The notes below the pieces were generated by a model. The model was not told the origin of the DNA. It saw nothing but the letters and a program-made list of their open reading frames with translations, and searched no databases. A DNA stretch of 24,740 nt from Candidatus Heimdallarchaeota archaeon (GTDB taxonomy: Archaea > Asgardarchaeota > Heimdallarchaeia > JABLTI01). Below are positions 7,997-16,752 of this stretch, one piece after another. Position 1 is the stretch's first letter; each line of letters opens with the position of its first letter. The position numbers were made by a program, and so were the translations under genes. The stretch covers positions 1 through 24,740 of the forward strand of contig JAUWKS010000047.1 in the NCBI GenBank assembly GCA_030614005.1, given 5' to 3'.

Positions 7997-10900
7997 TTAT
8001 AGGTGGTGCTTTCTTAAAATGTCGATTAATTCGTGATTCAATGGGTAAAGAATGAATAATAAATTGTACTCAATTGTTTTTTTAGGTGGAATCATTATTT
8101 CACTGATTGAATTCACAGAGTTTGACAATTCTCCATCATCGCTAATGTTTAAATGAATATCATCTCTATCAGGTCCAACGATTGCTAGAGCTAATTTTGA
8201 TTCTCTATCAACAAAAACAGCCCATTTGTCTTTTTGTTTTTGTAACCAAATTCCATTGAAATAATTATGCTTTATCAATTGATCATTTTGGATAAAGAAC
8301 ATATCATTATCCACCCTTTCAGAAACTGCTAAATTAGAATCTAGTCCCCCTCTAAACCACAAATGGGCTTCTGAGTTATTTATTAGCCTGAAAGCTGCTT
8401 TAAGGATATTTGATTGTGGGAGTGTGGTATAATCAACTTCCAATCTTAAACCATGGTATCTCTCTTTAAGATTAAGATTAGAATAGAATCTGATTCCTTT
8501 TTCATTCCCTTTTGTAAGCAACTCAAATTCGAATTTTTCTAAATGGGTTATTGAACCCCAACCAGAGGGATTGCTAATTATTGGTACAATTCCACCCATC
8601 CAATCGCTGTCCCATAAAAATGGTTTTACGTTTGGCCAGGAAGACAAAAGATTGTTCTTCTTAACAATTGAGGGTAATTCGAAGGAAACAATAGAACCAA
8701 AATGATCTTTGGATGCTTTGAAAATAATTTTTCCATTGGAAATTTCTACTAACTCTTTTCCTTCATCCGTTTGCTGTTTATCTAGCTTTACTTTTTGGTC
8801 TTTATTTAGTATTTGAACGAGAAATGGTATATTGATACTCATATCAAGCAAAATAACTTTCACATCTACTGAATGAATTCGTCCAATTGAAGTTTCTTGC
8901 GCAAGAATTTTTTGCGTACACAGATAAGGTTGTTTTTCCGATATATCAGCTACCTCATCTTCATAGAGATGCAGCCCGTTTTCGAAGGTTAATCCCTTAG
9001 GTAGACAAATGTGTATTTTTCCTTTTATTTTTCTGCGAGTATTATTGTGAATTGTCAATTTTAGCGTATCATCAAAATTTAATGGAAGAATATTAAAATA
9101 GTTACATTTACCGAACATATCGGATTCAACCTCTACTGACAATTCATCGATAATTTTGTGCTTTTGCTTATTGGTAGAAATCTTTGTTGAAGATTCCTTT
9201 TCAATTGTATCTTTCCAGATTTTTCGAATGTCTGTCCAAGAACCCCTTCCCATAAAAATATGGTATTTTCCTTCTTTCGATTCTCCTGGAGCAATATCAC
9301 CGAATTGAAATTCCAATTGAGGTATCGTCACCACTCTAGTTTCTATTTTGGTTACATATTCTTTATGCCAAATGAAACCTAATAGCTGATTATTAGATAA
9401 TTCAGTGCTTATCCAGTTTTCAATAAAATCTTGTGGATTATCAGGGAAATGTCTTGCACTTTTGAATACTAATGAATTGCTTGATCGTAAAATTCCTTTT
9501 GAAAGAGGAAAATATGTTGTTCCTTCTGTGTCAATTGGACCCCAACCATCATAAAGAACTCTCACTGCGATATTCTTGAATGTTTGATTAGAAGCATTTA
9601 CTGCTTTTACAGATACTTCAATGAGATCAGAATTCGTTCGCAAAGTAAAACTTCTTTTGATATGAATGCCATCTTTTGCCTTTGATTTTACTAGCAATTC
9701 CAGAGTTGCTTTTCCAATTCCTTGAATAATTTTTACTTCTTGTGATAATCTTCCAAGTTCTGAACCCCAACCAGTAAATGGCATTCCCAAATCTAATAGT
9801 GAAGTTCTAACCTTAAACACTTGATTATTTCTTTTATCAGTTATACTATGAAATAAATACGCATCCTCTAATGTAAATTTTAATCGAAGATTATTGTTTT
9901 CTAATATCGCGTATTTGTTTTTCAGATAATAACCCGAGCAATTTAATTCCAAACCTAGTGGATCAATAACAGGTAGATAAATCGTTTCTTCAGGTAATTT
10001 TACAGATCCATCTTTTTCATCAATGAACGCATTTAGCTTCAATGAAATTTTTTTCTCAGAAATGTTCTCTAATGCAGTGAAATTTAGATCAATATCTTTT
10101 CTTTCATTAGCATTTAATAAAATTGGAACTTTGTTTGAGTCAAAACTAATATTGGGATTTTCCGAAATGACAACAGATCCTTTGATTTTACTAGATGTTC
10201 TATTCCAAACCCGTAAATTAATAGTTGATTTTTCTCCTGGTATAATAGAACGTAAATGTGGATAAAGTTCAATTTCTAAAGGATCGACTGGAGCTAAGCC
10301 TACTGCTAAATCAATTTCATCCTCATTGAAATGAATATATGATTCAATTCTCGGTTTTACTCGAGTCTGTGATTCTTTCGGGTTAGCAAGAGGTGTTACT
10401 GTCTCATCCAAAATCGCAAATGCGTGAATTGTTGTAGTCTCGTCAGATTTCACATTGATTTGTCTTTCAGGTTCTGTTTCAAATTTAATACCGTTAAGGC
10501 AGTTCGCCTTCAAAGTAAACAAAATATCATTTTTAGTTTCATTTAGAAATGTCCAAGATACAGGAACTTTTCCAAAGGAAACATAACCAACACTATTTTT
10601 AATAAGACAATTTATGCCTATTTTGCCTTCTGGAGTTTTTAATTCGAACCCTGCTATTTTCTTTGCTTTTGTATCTATTATAACTTTGAGGGAATTATTC
10701 TCATCCTCTTCAAAACAATAATTGTAAACAGACATTTCGTCTATAAGTTCTACATCCGGAACTAAATCCAAGGAACGCTTAAAGGTTTCATACCAGCTAA
10801 ATTTTTCAGTATATTTCTTAAACAGCTTTCGTCGTAAGATTCCAGGAAGATAATTTTCCATATAAACTGATGATTCTGGTGCCCAAAAGTAACCAGTCTT

Positions 10901-11341
10901 TTTGTAGAGTGGCATAGCTTTAAGATTTCCGCCCCAAGTGTGAAGTGTAATAATATCTTTTCCAAGTTCTAAAGCACGAAACGTTGCATGTATAAGGAGT
11001 GTTTTGCCAATTTTTCTCCCTTGAAAATTTGGATCTACACCGAGTAAACCAACATACACAGTATCTTCTTCATTAAAGTGACTAATAACATCACAATGTC
11101 CAACTATTTTTCCGTCTGCAATTGCAACAAATTTTGATAACGGAGAAGTTTTTTCTAACTCTTCAAGAAGTCTCTCTCCAGTAAATGGATCACTATGTCC
11201 AAATCCACCTGGCCAAGATTCGGGATCATCCCAGCTATTATAGCAATCTGCCAGCATTTGTGCATCTGTTTGGTTTTTTTGAAACTCTCTTATAGAAAAG
11301 CTAAATTCTACTTGATCCTTCTTTATCGTTTCTTTGGACAT
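7997..11341 (-). CDS. Large modular GNAT acetyltransferase: N-terminal GNAT plus a duplicated (Ig-like + mutarotase-like beta-supersandwich) region
   Basis: GNAT motif A VGLLGVDPNFQGRKIGKTLL and motif B TWGGNLKAMPLYKKTGYFW; internal repeat NRTSSKIKGSVVI / NNTRRKIKGKIHI 386 aa apart. The C-terminal folds are inference. Confidence 0.85.
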   Translation of the reverse strand: MSKETIKKDQVEFSFSIREFQKNQTDAQMLADCYNSWDDPESWPGGFGHSDPFTGERLLEELEKTSPLSKFVAIADGKIVGHCDVISHFNEEDTVYVGLLGVDPNFQGRKIGKTLLIHATFRALELGKDIITLHTWGGNLKAMPLYKKTGYFWAPESSVYMENYLPGILRRKLFKKYTEKFSWYETFKRSLDLVPDVELIDEMSVYNYCFEEDENNSLKVIIDTKAKKIAGFELKTPEGKIGINCLIKNSVGYVSFGKVPVSWTFLNETKNDILFTLKANCLNGIKFETEPERQINVKSDETTTIHAFAILDETVTPLANPKESQTRVKPRIESYIHFNEDEIDLAVGLAPVDPLEIELYPHLRSIIPGEKSTINLRVWNRTSSKIKGSVVISENPNISFDSNKVPILLNANERKDIDLNFTALENISEKKISLKLNAFIDEKDGSVKLPEETIYLPVIDPLGLELNCSGYYLKNKYAILENNNLRLKFTLEDAYLFHSITDKRNNQVFKVRTSLLDLGMPFTGWGSELGRLSQEVKIIQGIGKATLELLVKSKAKDGIHIKRSFTLRTNSDLIEVSVKAVNASNQTFKNIAVRVLYDGWGPIDTEGTTYFPLSKGILRSSNSLVFKSARHFPDNPQDFIENWISTELSNNQLLGFIWHKEYVTKIETRVVTIPQLEFQFGDIAPGESKEGKYHIFMGRGSWTDIRKIWKDTIEKESSTKISTNKQKHKIIDELSVEVESDMFGKCNYFNILPLNFDDTLKLTIHNNTRRKIKGKIHICLPKGLTFENGLHLYEDEVADISEKQPYLCTQKILAQETSIGRIHSVDVKVILLDMSINIPFLVQILNKDQKVKLDKQQTDEGKELVEISNGKIIFKASKDHFGSIVSFELPSIVKKNNLLSSWPNVKPFLWDSDWMGGIVPIISNPSGWGSITHLEKFEFELLTKGNEKGIRFYSNLNLKERYHGLRLEVDYTTLPQSNILKAAFRLINNSEAHLWFRGGLDSNLAVSERVDNDMFFIQNDQLIKHNYFNGIWLQKQKDKWAVFVDRESKLALAIVGPDRDDIHLNISDDGELSNSVNSISEIMIPPKKTIEYNLLFILYPLNHELIDILRKHHL

Positions 11342-11718
11342 CTGATTTTTCCTCTGTCTTCACATTGCAATTATTTTCACTTTTATCTATCAGAATCTAA
11401 GTGAAAAAATTATCTCTTTCACATTCAGCAATCAATGAGAATATATATTTTGCTAAATTTGTGTGAAAAAAGGAGAAAAAGTGAAGGTTAAAGCTTCTTT
11501 GAAAGATTGTTCTTGATTGCTATAACAAATAAAAGACTCTTTCCTTTCTATATGCTTGCTTTAATTTGAAAGAGGAAAAAAAATTGCAAATGCTTATAAG
11601 ACTAATTCTACTAAATTCATTTATTATCAAATTTTGTTCTCAGTGGGTGTGGAACAAATAAAAAATTTAATGGTGGAATTATTATTAGGGATGAAGTTAA
11701 TTTAGAAGAAAAAAGTGA

Positions 11719-11745
11719 AACTCTTCCACCCATAGGTGAAGAGTT
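11719..11745 (+). promoter_or_regulatory. Stable hairpin AACTCTT(C)CACC-CATA-GGTGAAGAGTT upstream of ATG 11759, sequestering an SD-like AGGTGA
   Basis: 11-bp stem with one bulge and a 4-nt loop, seen directly; function unknown. Confidence 0.4.
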
Positions 11746-11758
11746 AATTAGCAAACTA

Positions 11759-13726
11759 ATGGTGAATACTAGTTTTAATTTTGAATTAGATGTTCATAGA
11801 CAACATTTCGTTCGAAATAGTCTTTTCCTGGTTTTGTTTGGAGTTGTTGTGGGTGGAATTCTTGGAACAATTTTTTATTTTATACTTGAGTATACCAATA
11901 TTGTCAACCCATACGCTATTCTTGGAATAGGTGCTGGCATTGGTCTAGCTTTCGGAATTGTTATAGGAATTTCTTTAATCATTGCTTTGAAGGCACGAAT
12001 TGTTCCCGATTTCGGTTCGAGTTATGGTGTTGGTATAGGAACTAATATTTTCATTGGAGCAATAATAGGAATTGTTTTTGGTGCTGTTGTTGGATCTCTT
12101 TTTGGGTTAATCCTTCAAGCAACAGGTTATATCATTGATACAGACCTCTCGTATCCTGTATACGGAATGTTAGTCTGGATTGTTTTAGGGTTAAATATAG
12201 GTGTTTTAATTGGGCTGATTACGAGTTTTGGTTCCATAGACATAATTGCTGGAGGAGCAATTGCAGGTTGTATTGTTGGATCATTAGGTTCGCTTGCAGT
12301 TTTTGGTCCAAATTGGATTGCTGCAGGAGGTATCGCAGCAGGATTCATTGTAGGAATATTTATTGGCATTTTTTCAAAATATAGCGTTAGAGCAAGTATG
12401 GGATTTATTTCACAACCAATGTGTAATTATAAAGAAACAAGAGATAAAATAGAAAGTGATATTGATCACTCTATAAAAAGAGCAGCAAGTTCAGGAAGAA
12501 CTAGACGTTATCGACGTGACGGTTACTTTGGCAATCCTTGTTTTGGACCAACATACGCTTCATCCTATGCTTGCTGGGATAACAATGATTCGGATGATTG
12601 CAACGGAGAAGTAGGGGACGGTTGTGCTTCTGCAGTAGTCCCAGTAATTTTAATGATTCTACTTGCTGGAGCAGTGATTCTTCTAATTGCTTTCATTTCA
12701 TGGTTTTCAGTCAAAGCAAGTACGAAATTTGGTGGAGTAGTTAAAAAAGGAGCATTAACAGCTTTTGGTTCTAGTGCATCTCTATTATTAATTATAGGCT
12801 GCAATATTGGATTAACTGCATCATTTCATCAATTAGAGGTTTATTTTCTTGCCTTAATTGGTGCAGGAATAGCTATGCTTATTGGATTGTTAATCTTCGC
12901 TGGTCAAGCATTGTCGATCAAAAAGACCTCGCTTATTATTACTCCAGGAAGGATAAAATGGAGAGATGGGATATCACAAGGCCAGCTACATTTGTCTAGT
13001 GTAGAAAGCTATGATTTTGTTGTTCTGTTACAAGATATTGAAAATACTCCAGAATATGAAGGGTTTGTAAAATTTATTCTCAGAAATGGAACCTCAAGTA
13101 AAGTTTGCATTAGCTGTTGGAAAACACCTGGGGAAACAGGATCATCTCTATATTTACAGACTATCCTTAAGCATTATCTTAATCAAATTGCAGAAAAAAG
13201 AATACAAGAAAAAGCGAAACATGCTAAAATTAAAGGGACAACCATTTTACAAGAAAGTGACAAAAGAAGAAGAACTTATCGTGAAAGCATTGAAGATGGT
13301 AAAATTAAAGCAAGAGCCAACAGAGAAATGGAAGTTAGAAAACATGTTAGCGAAAAAGAAATCAGTGCTGTTAGAGATTTATTAGATACTCGAAATAAAA
13401 TGAGTGTCAATTGGATTAGCAGAGTAACAAAGATACCTGAAAACCGGGTTATTGATATTGCTACCCTAATTTTAGATAGAGAATATAAATTCGGTTACAT
13501 AATATCTGCTACTACACCATTTGAGATATCAGAAACTAGAACTGAATTCAGTGAAGAACAAATTCAGAAGGTTAGAGATCTAGTTGATGCTCGTAAAAAG
13601 ATCAGTGTTTCTTGGTTAAGTCAAGTAACTGGACTAACAAAGGATCAAGTAATCATGATTGCTACCGAACATTTGAATAAACTTCTGGTTAGTGGTTATA
13701 TAATATCTGATGATATTTTCGAGTAA
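11759..13726 (+). CDS. Polytopic Gly-zipper membrane protein with a Cys/Asp-rich loop, a PH-like domain, a charged helix and two C-terminal winged-helix (PCI-like) repeats
   Basis: Many GxxxG helices (GAIIGIVFGAVVGSLFG); loop CFGPTYASSYACWDNNDSDDCNGEVGDGC; C-terminal duplication VRDLLDTRNKMSVNWISRVTKIPENRVIDIA...GYIIS / VRDLVDARKKISVSWLSQVTGLTKDQVIMIA...GYIIS with a 67-aa period. The true start may lie upstream. Confidence 0.8.
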   Translation: MVNTSFNFELDVHRQHFVRNSLFLVLFGVVVGGILGTIFYFILEYTNIVNPYAILGIGAGIGLAFGIVIGISLIIALKARIVPDFGSSYGVGIGTNIFIGAIIGIVFGAVVGSLFGLILQATGYIIDTDLSYPVYGMLVWIVLGLNIGVLIGLITSFGSIDIIAGGAIAGCIVGSLGSLAVFGPNWIAAGGIAAGFIVGIFIGIFSKYSVRASMGFISQPMCNYKETRDKIESDIDHSIKRAASSGRTRRYRRDGYFGNPCFGPTYASSYACWDNNDSDDCNGEVGDGCASAVVPVILMILLAGAVILLIAFISWFSVKASTKFGGVVKKGALTAFGSSASLLLIIGCNIGLTASFHQLEVYFLALIGAGIAMLIGLLIFAGQALSIKKTSLIITPGRIKWRDGISQGQLHLSSVESYDFVVLLQDIENTPEYEGFVKFILRNGTSSKVCISCWKTPGETGSSLYLQTILKHYLNQIAEKRIQEKAKHAKIKGTTILQESDKRRRTYRESIEDGKIKARANREMEVRKHVSEKEISAVRDLLDTRNKMSVNWISRVTKIPENRVIDIATLILDREYKFGYIISATTPFEISETRTEFSEEQIQKVRDLVDARKKISVSWLSQVTGLTKDQVIMIATEHLNKLLVSGYIISDDIFE

Positions 13727-13735
13727 AATCAAATA

Positions 13736-13773
13736 TAGATGGATGTGGAATATTCATCTAATAGTACTTTTTT
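13736..13773 (+). terminator. Hairpin plus T-tract terminator
   Basis: TAGATGGAT-N7-ATTCATCTA (9 bp, one G-U) 10 nt after the stop, followed by T6. Confidence 0.55.
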
Positions 13774-13853
13774 CCTCAATCAAAACTATTAATATCTCCA
13801 AAAAAGTCCATTTTGTTAACTTATTTCAGTCAACCATAATGGAATGTTGAAAT

Positions 13854-14831
13854 TTGTCTAACTTTGATGATTTAAATAACCATTTGCGTAATTTCCAAGA
13901 AACGATTTTACTTGAGTCTGACTTTGCACGCTTACTCATTGTTCTCAATGGAGGTAGGGTACTTGCTGTTAGTTTAGGCTTAGAAAATCTTCTCTGGGTT
14001 CATCCAAAACCCCAACAGTGCGTTATGAGTGATGATTGGAATTTAGGTGGTATTAGAACTTGGATTTCTCCTGAAAGAGATTATTTCTATAAAAATCCAG
14101 CTGATTTTGATCAATGGTTCTGTCCAATGGGTATTGATCCTATTTATTACAAAGTAGTTTCAAAAGAAAAAACTTCTATAACACTAATAGCCGATATAGA
14201 AGCTAAGAACAATACTACCAGTGAAATTTTTAAAGGCATTCTTACTAAAAGGATTGATTTAATATCAATAAACGAAACGGATAATAATCGAGAAGCCAAA
14301 ATACGCATACACGATATTTTACAAATTCATTCTAATCATACCCCTGTGGCTATTTGGTCTATTCTTCAAGTTCCAACAAATGAGGCGCAAGAAAGTAAAG
14401 TGCGATTACCAATTAATGTTGCCAATGCAATTTCTTATTTTGATCCTATTCCTGAAGATTATTTTATCTATAATGAAAATAGCATTGACTTTATTCTTGA
14501 TGGTGAGAAAGAGTTGAAATTAGGCATACCACCTGAAGATTTTCCCGATAATTCAAAAATTGCCTTTTCTTATTCTTACAAAGTTAATGGTAAAAATGCA
14601 AGCATTTCAGTGAATTCTAACACAAATGCTTCTAATCAAGATGAATGTCTTGATGTAGCAAAATCTTCGCCAAATGGATTGAAGGGTGTTATTCAATTTT
14701 ATAATTCAGATTTTAATAAATCAGGTTTGAAATACGGTGAATTAGAAATTCATAGTAAACCAACAAAGTATATCAAGGGTGTTTTAATGACGGAAAGCAT
14801 CATAACAATAGATTTCTCTTTAGAGAAATAA
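13854..14831 (+). CDS. Uncharacterised protein with a probable galactose-mutarotase-like beta-supersandwich fold (resembles DUF6786/DUF4380-type proteins)
   Basis: TTG start; GGRVLAV...ENLLW and WNLGGIRTWISPE motifs, plus C-terminal YGELEIHS. Family recalled from motif, not searched. Confidence 0.65.
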   Translation: MSNFDDLNNHLRNFQETILLESDFARLLIVLNGGRVLAVSLGLENLLWVHPKPQQCVMSDDWNLGGIRTWISPERDYFYKNPADFDQWFCPMGIDPIYYKVVSKEKTSITLIADIEAKNNTTSEIFKGILTKRIDLISINETDNNREAKIRIHDILQIHSNHTPVAIWSILQVPTNEAQESKVRLPINVANAISYFDPIPEDYFIYNENSIDFILDGEKELKLGIPPEDFPDNSKIAFSYSYKVNGKNASISVNSNTNASNQDECLDVAKSSPNGLKGVIQFYNSDFNKSGLKYGELEIHSKPTKYIKGVLMTESIITIDFSLEK

Positions 14832-14876
14832 ACATCTAGAAGTGTAAGAATTACAAAAACTTAGAGAAAAATCTAT

Positions 14877-16049
14877 TCATTTTGAAGCTTTACAGATGTT
14901 TTCCATTACAGAATCAACCATGAAATCTTTAGAGGCTTTCCACTTTTTGTCCTTTGTATCGAATGTTTGATCCCATAAAGCATAATTCTTTGAAAATTTA
15001 TGGTCAATAATAAAGAGATTATGTTGAAGACATATTTCAAGCATGAAATCATTTAGTTCAGAAAGATGTTTTGGTGGTGCTCTTACATACCAAAGAAAAC
15101 CATTCTCAGCAATAAAAAAGAGACCTGAAAAAGGAAAAACGGGATTTTCTTGATCTATTGGAATATTATTTTTTATTGAATTTGCATATTGTTCTTGATT
15201 TTTATAAAGATAATTTCGGAGCTTTCTAGCAATATCAACACCACAGTTTCCTCGAAATATAATTGTTTGATAAAGATCAAAGGCAGAATGATTTAATGAG
15301 AGTCGGTAATTTATGATAGCATTTTCTTTAAGGAACGCTACTCTTCTTCCAATCTTCTGTTTGACCCCTGCTTCGTTTTTAATATCGAGATTTTTCATCA
15401 TTGTGGTATTCTTTCTTTTTCCATCAATGGTTAGTTGAGACAATAATTGTATATCTTGCACAGTTAATTCGCTTAGAATTTTCCTCGAATTAGGTTTATT
15501 ATTTATAGATTCAGTGTTATTTTTTAGAAAGCCTTTCCTCCAATTTTCCCAATTAAAATTCCAATTGTGGGTATTGGAATCCCAACTACTAATTGCAGAC
15601 TCAACATAAACAGTTTTTTCATCCCTATCTCGCTCAATATATTCGTAATGTTGAATTATTCCTTTCTTTCCCAATAATTCAGCAATTTCTTTTAGATATT
15701 TTAACGCACCTTTTGGAGTCCTAAATTGAATATAAAGGCCTGAGAAATAACCATTGCAACGACCTCTATAAATCACATAAGGATGATAATAGCAAAATAC
15801 CTCTTCTAGAAGTTTTAATGATTTTCTTGACTTTACCTTAAAGAAGAAATCATGTATTTCCAATTCAAGCGCTTCTAGATTCAAATCTGCAATCACATTT
15901 TGAAAAACACTCATTTCATGTAAAAGACGATTTATTCTATCAATGGTACCAGAAATACTCATATCGATTTGTTCTGCGATAGAACTTGCAGTTGCTAAAG
16001 GATTTGATTGAATAGTAAGTAATATTTCAATATCTTTGCTATCCAGCAT
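14877..16049 (-). CDS. Lrp/AsnC-like transcriptional regulator with two wHTH+effector modules
   Basis: N-terminal LDSKDIEILLTIQSNPLATASSIAEQIDMSISGTIDRINRL; second module LTVQDIQLLSQLTIDGKRKNT...RRVAFLKENAII; AGGTG RBS. Confidence 0.8.
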   Translation of the reverse strand: MLDSKDIEILLTIQSNPLATASSIAEQIDMSISGTIDRINRLLHEMSVFQNVIADLNLEALELEIHDFFFKVKSRKSLKLLEEVFCYYHPYVIYRGRCNGYFSGLYIQFRTPKGALKYLKEIAELLGKKGIIQHYEYIERDRDEKTVYVESAISSWDSNTHNWNFNWENWRKGFLKNNTESINNKPNSRKILSELTVQDIQLLSQLTIDGKRKNTTMMKNLDIKNEAGVKQKIGRRVAFLKENAIINYRLSLNHSAFDLYQTIIFRGNCGVDIARKLRNYLYKNQEQYANSIKNNIPIDQENPVFPFSGLFFIAENGFLWYVRAPPKHLSELNDFMLEICLQHNLFIIDHKFSKNYALWDQTFDTKDKKWKASKDFMVDSVMENICKASK

Positions 16050-16124
16050 TTCTCAAAGCACCTTTTTTACATTGTTACCTCTTTTTTTCAAAGTTGAATT
16101 AGAGTTACTAATTTAGTCAATCAA

Positions 16125-16610
16125 TTACTTAACAGTAATATTTATAGTTGGTTCTCCAGTTCCAGGATTTTCATCCGGTGGATCAAACGTTATATCCCTT
16201 TTTTGCAACATTATTTGACCATCTTCTAGGAAAAACAAACCTTCAATTTCTGCATTGTACCAACCAGGTTCTGTAGCAGTATTAAATGCAGTAATGATAA
16301 ACACAACACCATCATCTGATTCAGCGCAAACTGTAGCAGAAAAGTGATGAACAAAACCTGATGGGAGAGTTATATCAATTTTCAAATTGGAAATTATCAA
16401 TCCTTCGTAATCAGTATCAATAGTAGCAATTATCCTTATATCGTCCTCTATTCGATCTGAGTCAAAATTACCATAGTAAGCATCAACTATTTTGAATTTG
16501 AAATAATCATAAGAATCATCAGCTCTTACGGTATTCAATTGCAGAATGCCTAAACTTATAATTATTAGTAAAAAGGTAATTGAAATAAACCTTTTTTGAT
16601 TTTTTTTCAT
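16125..16610 (-). CDS. Small secreted beta-rich protein, function unknown
   Basis: Start moved to ATG 16610 (GGAGA RBS); MKKNQKRF + hydrophobic core + VRA cleavage site; acidic mature part ending FDPPDENPGTGEPTI. Confidence 0.75.
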   Translation of the reverse strand: MKKNQKRFISITFLLIIISLGILQLNTVRADDSYDYFKFKIVDAYYGNFDSDRIEDDIRIIATIDTDYEGLIISNLKIDITLPSGFVHHFSATVCAESDDGVVFIITAFNTATEPGWYNAEIEGLFFLEDGQIMLQKRDITFDPPDENPGTGEPTINITVK

Positions 16611-16691
16611 TTTAATTTCTCCAATAAACATCTGCTAATATTTATGTCGTCATCCTTAATATCTTTTTCAGTCAGTATTTATATATAAATG

Positions 16692-16752
16692 AAAAAAGTC
16701 CATAAGACCTATCGACATTGAAGGGAGAAAGAGAGGAGGATATGCGATAGGT
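16692..16752 (-). terminator. 3' hairpin (11 bp, 23-nt pyrimidine loop) plus U6 tract directly after the zinc-ribbon gene
   Basis: ACCTATCG at 16707-16714 and CGATAGGT at 16745-16752 are a perfect inverted repeat, extended by CAT/ATG after a 1-nt bulge; A6 on the plus strand at 16692-16697. Confidence 0.6.

Noticed and set aside
4839-14876. Similar words after two minus-strand stop codons (AATAGATTTTCTAAG near 4840-4854 and ATAGATTTTTCTCTAAG near 14860-14876)
   Set aside because: Short, AT-rich and only two imperfect copies; compatible with chance or generic T-rich termination.
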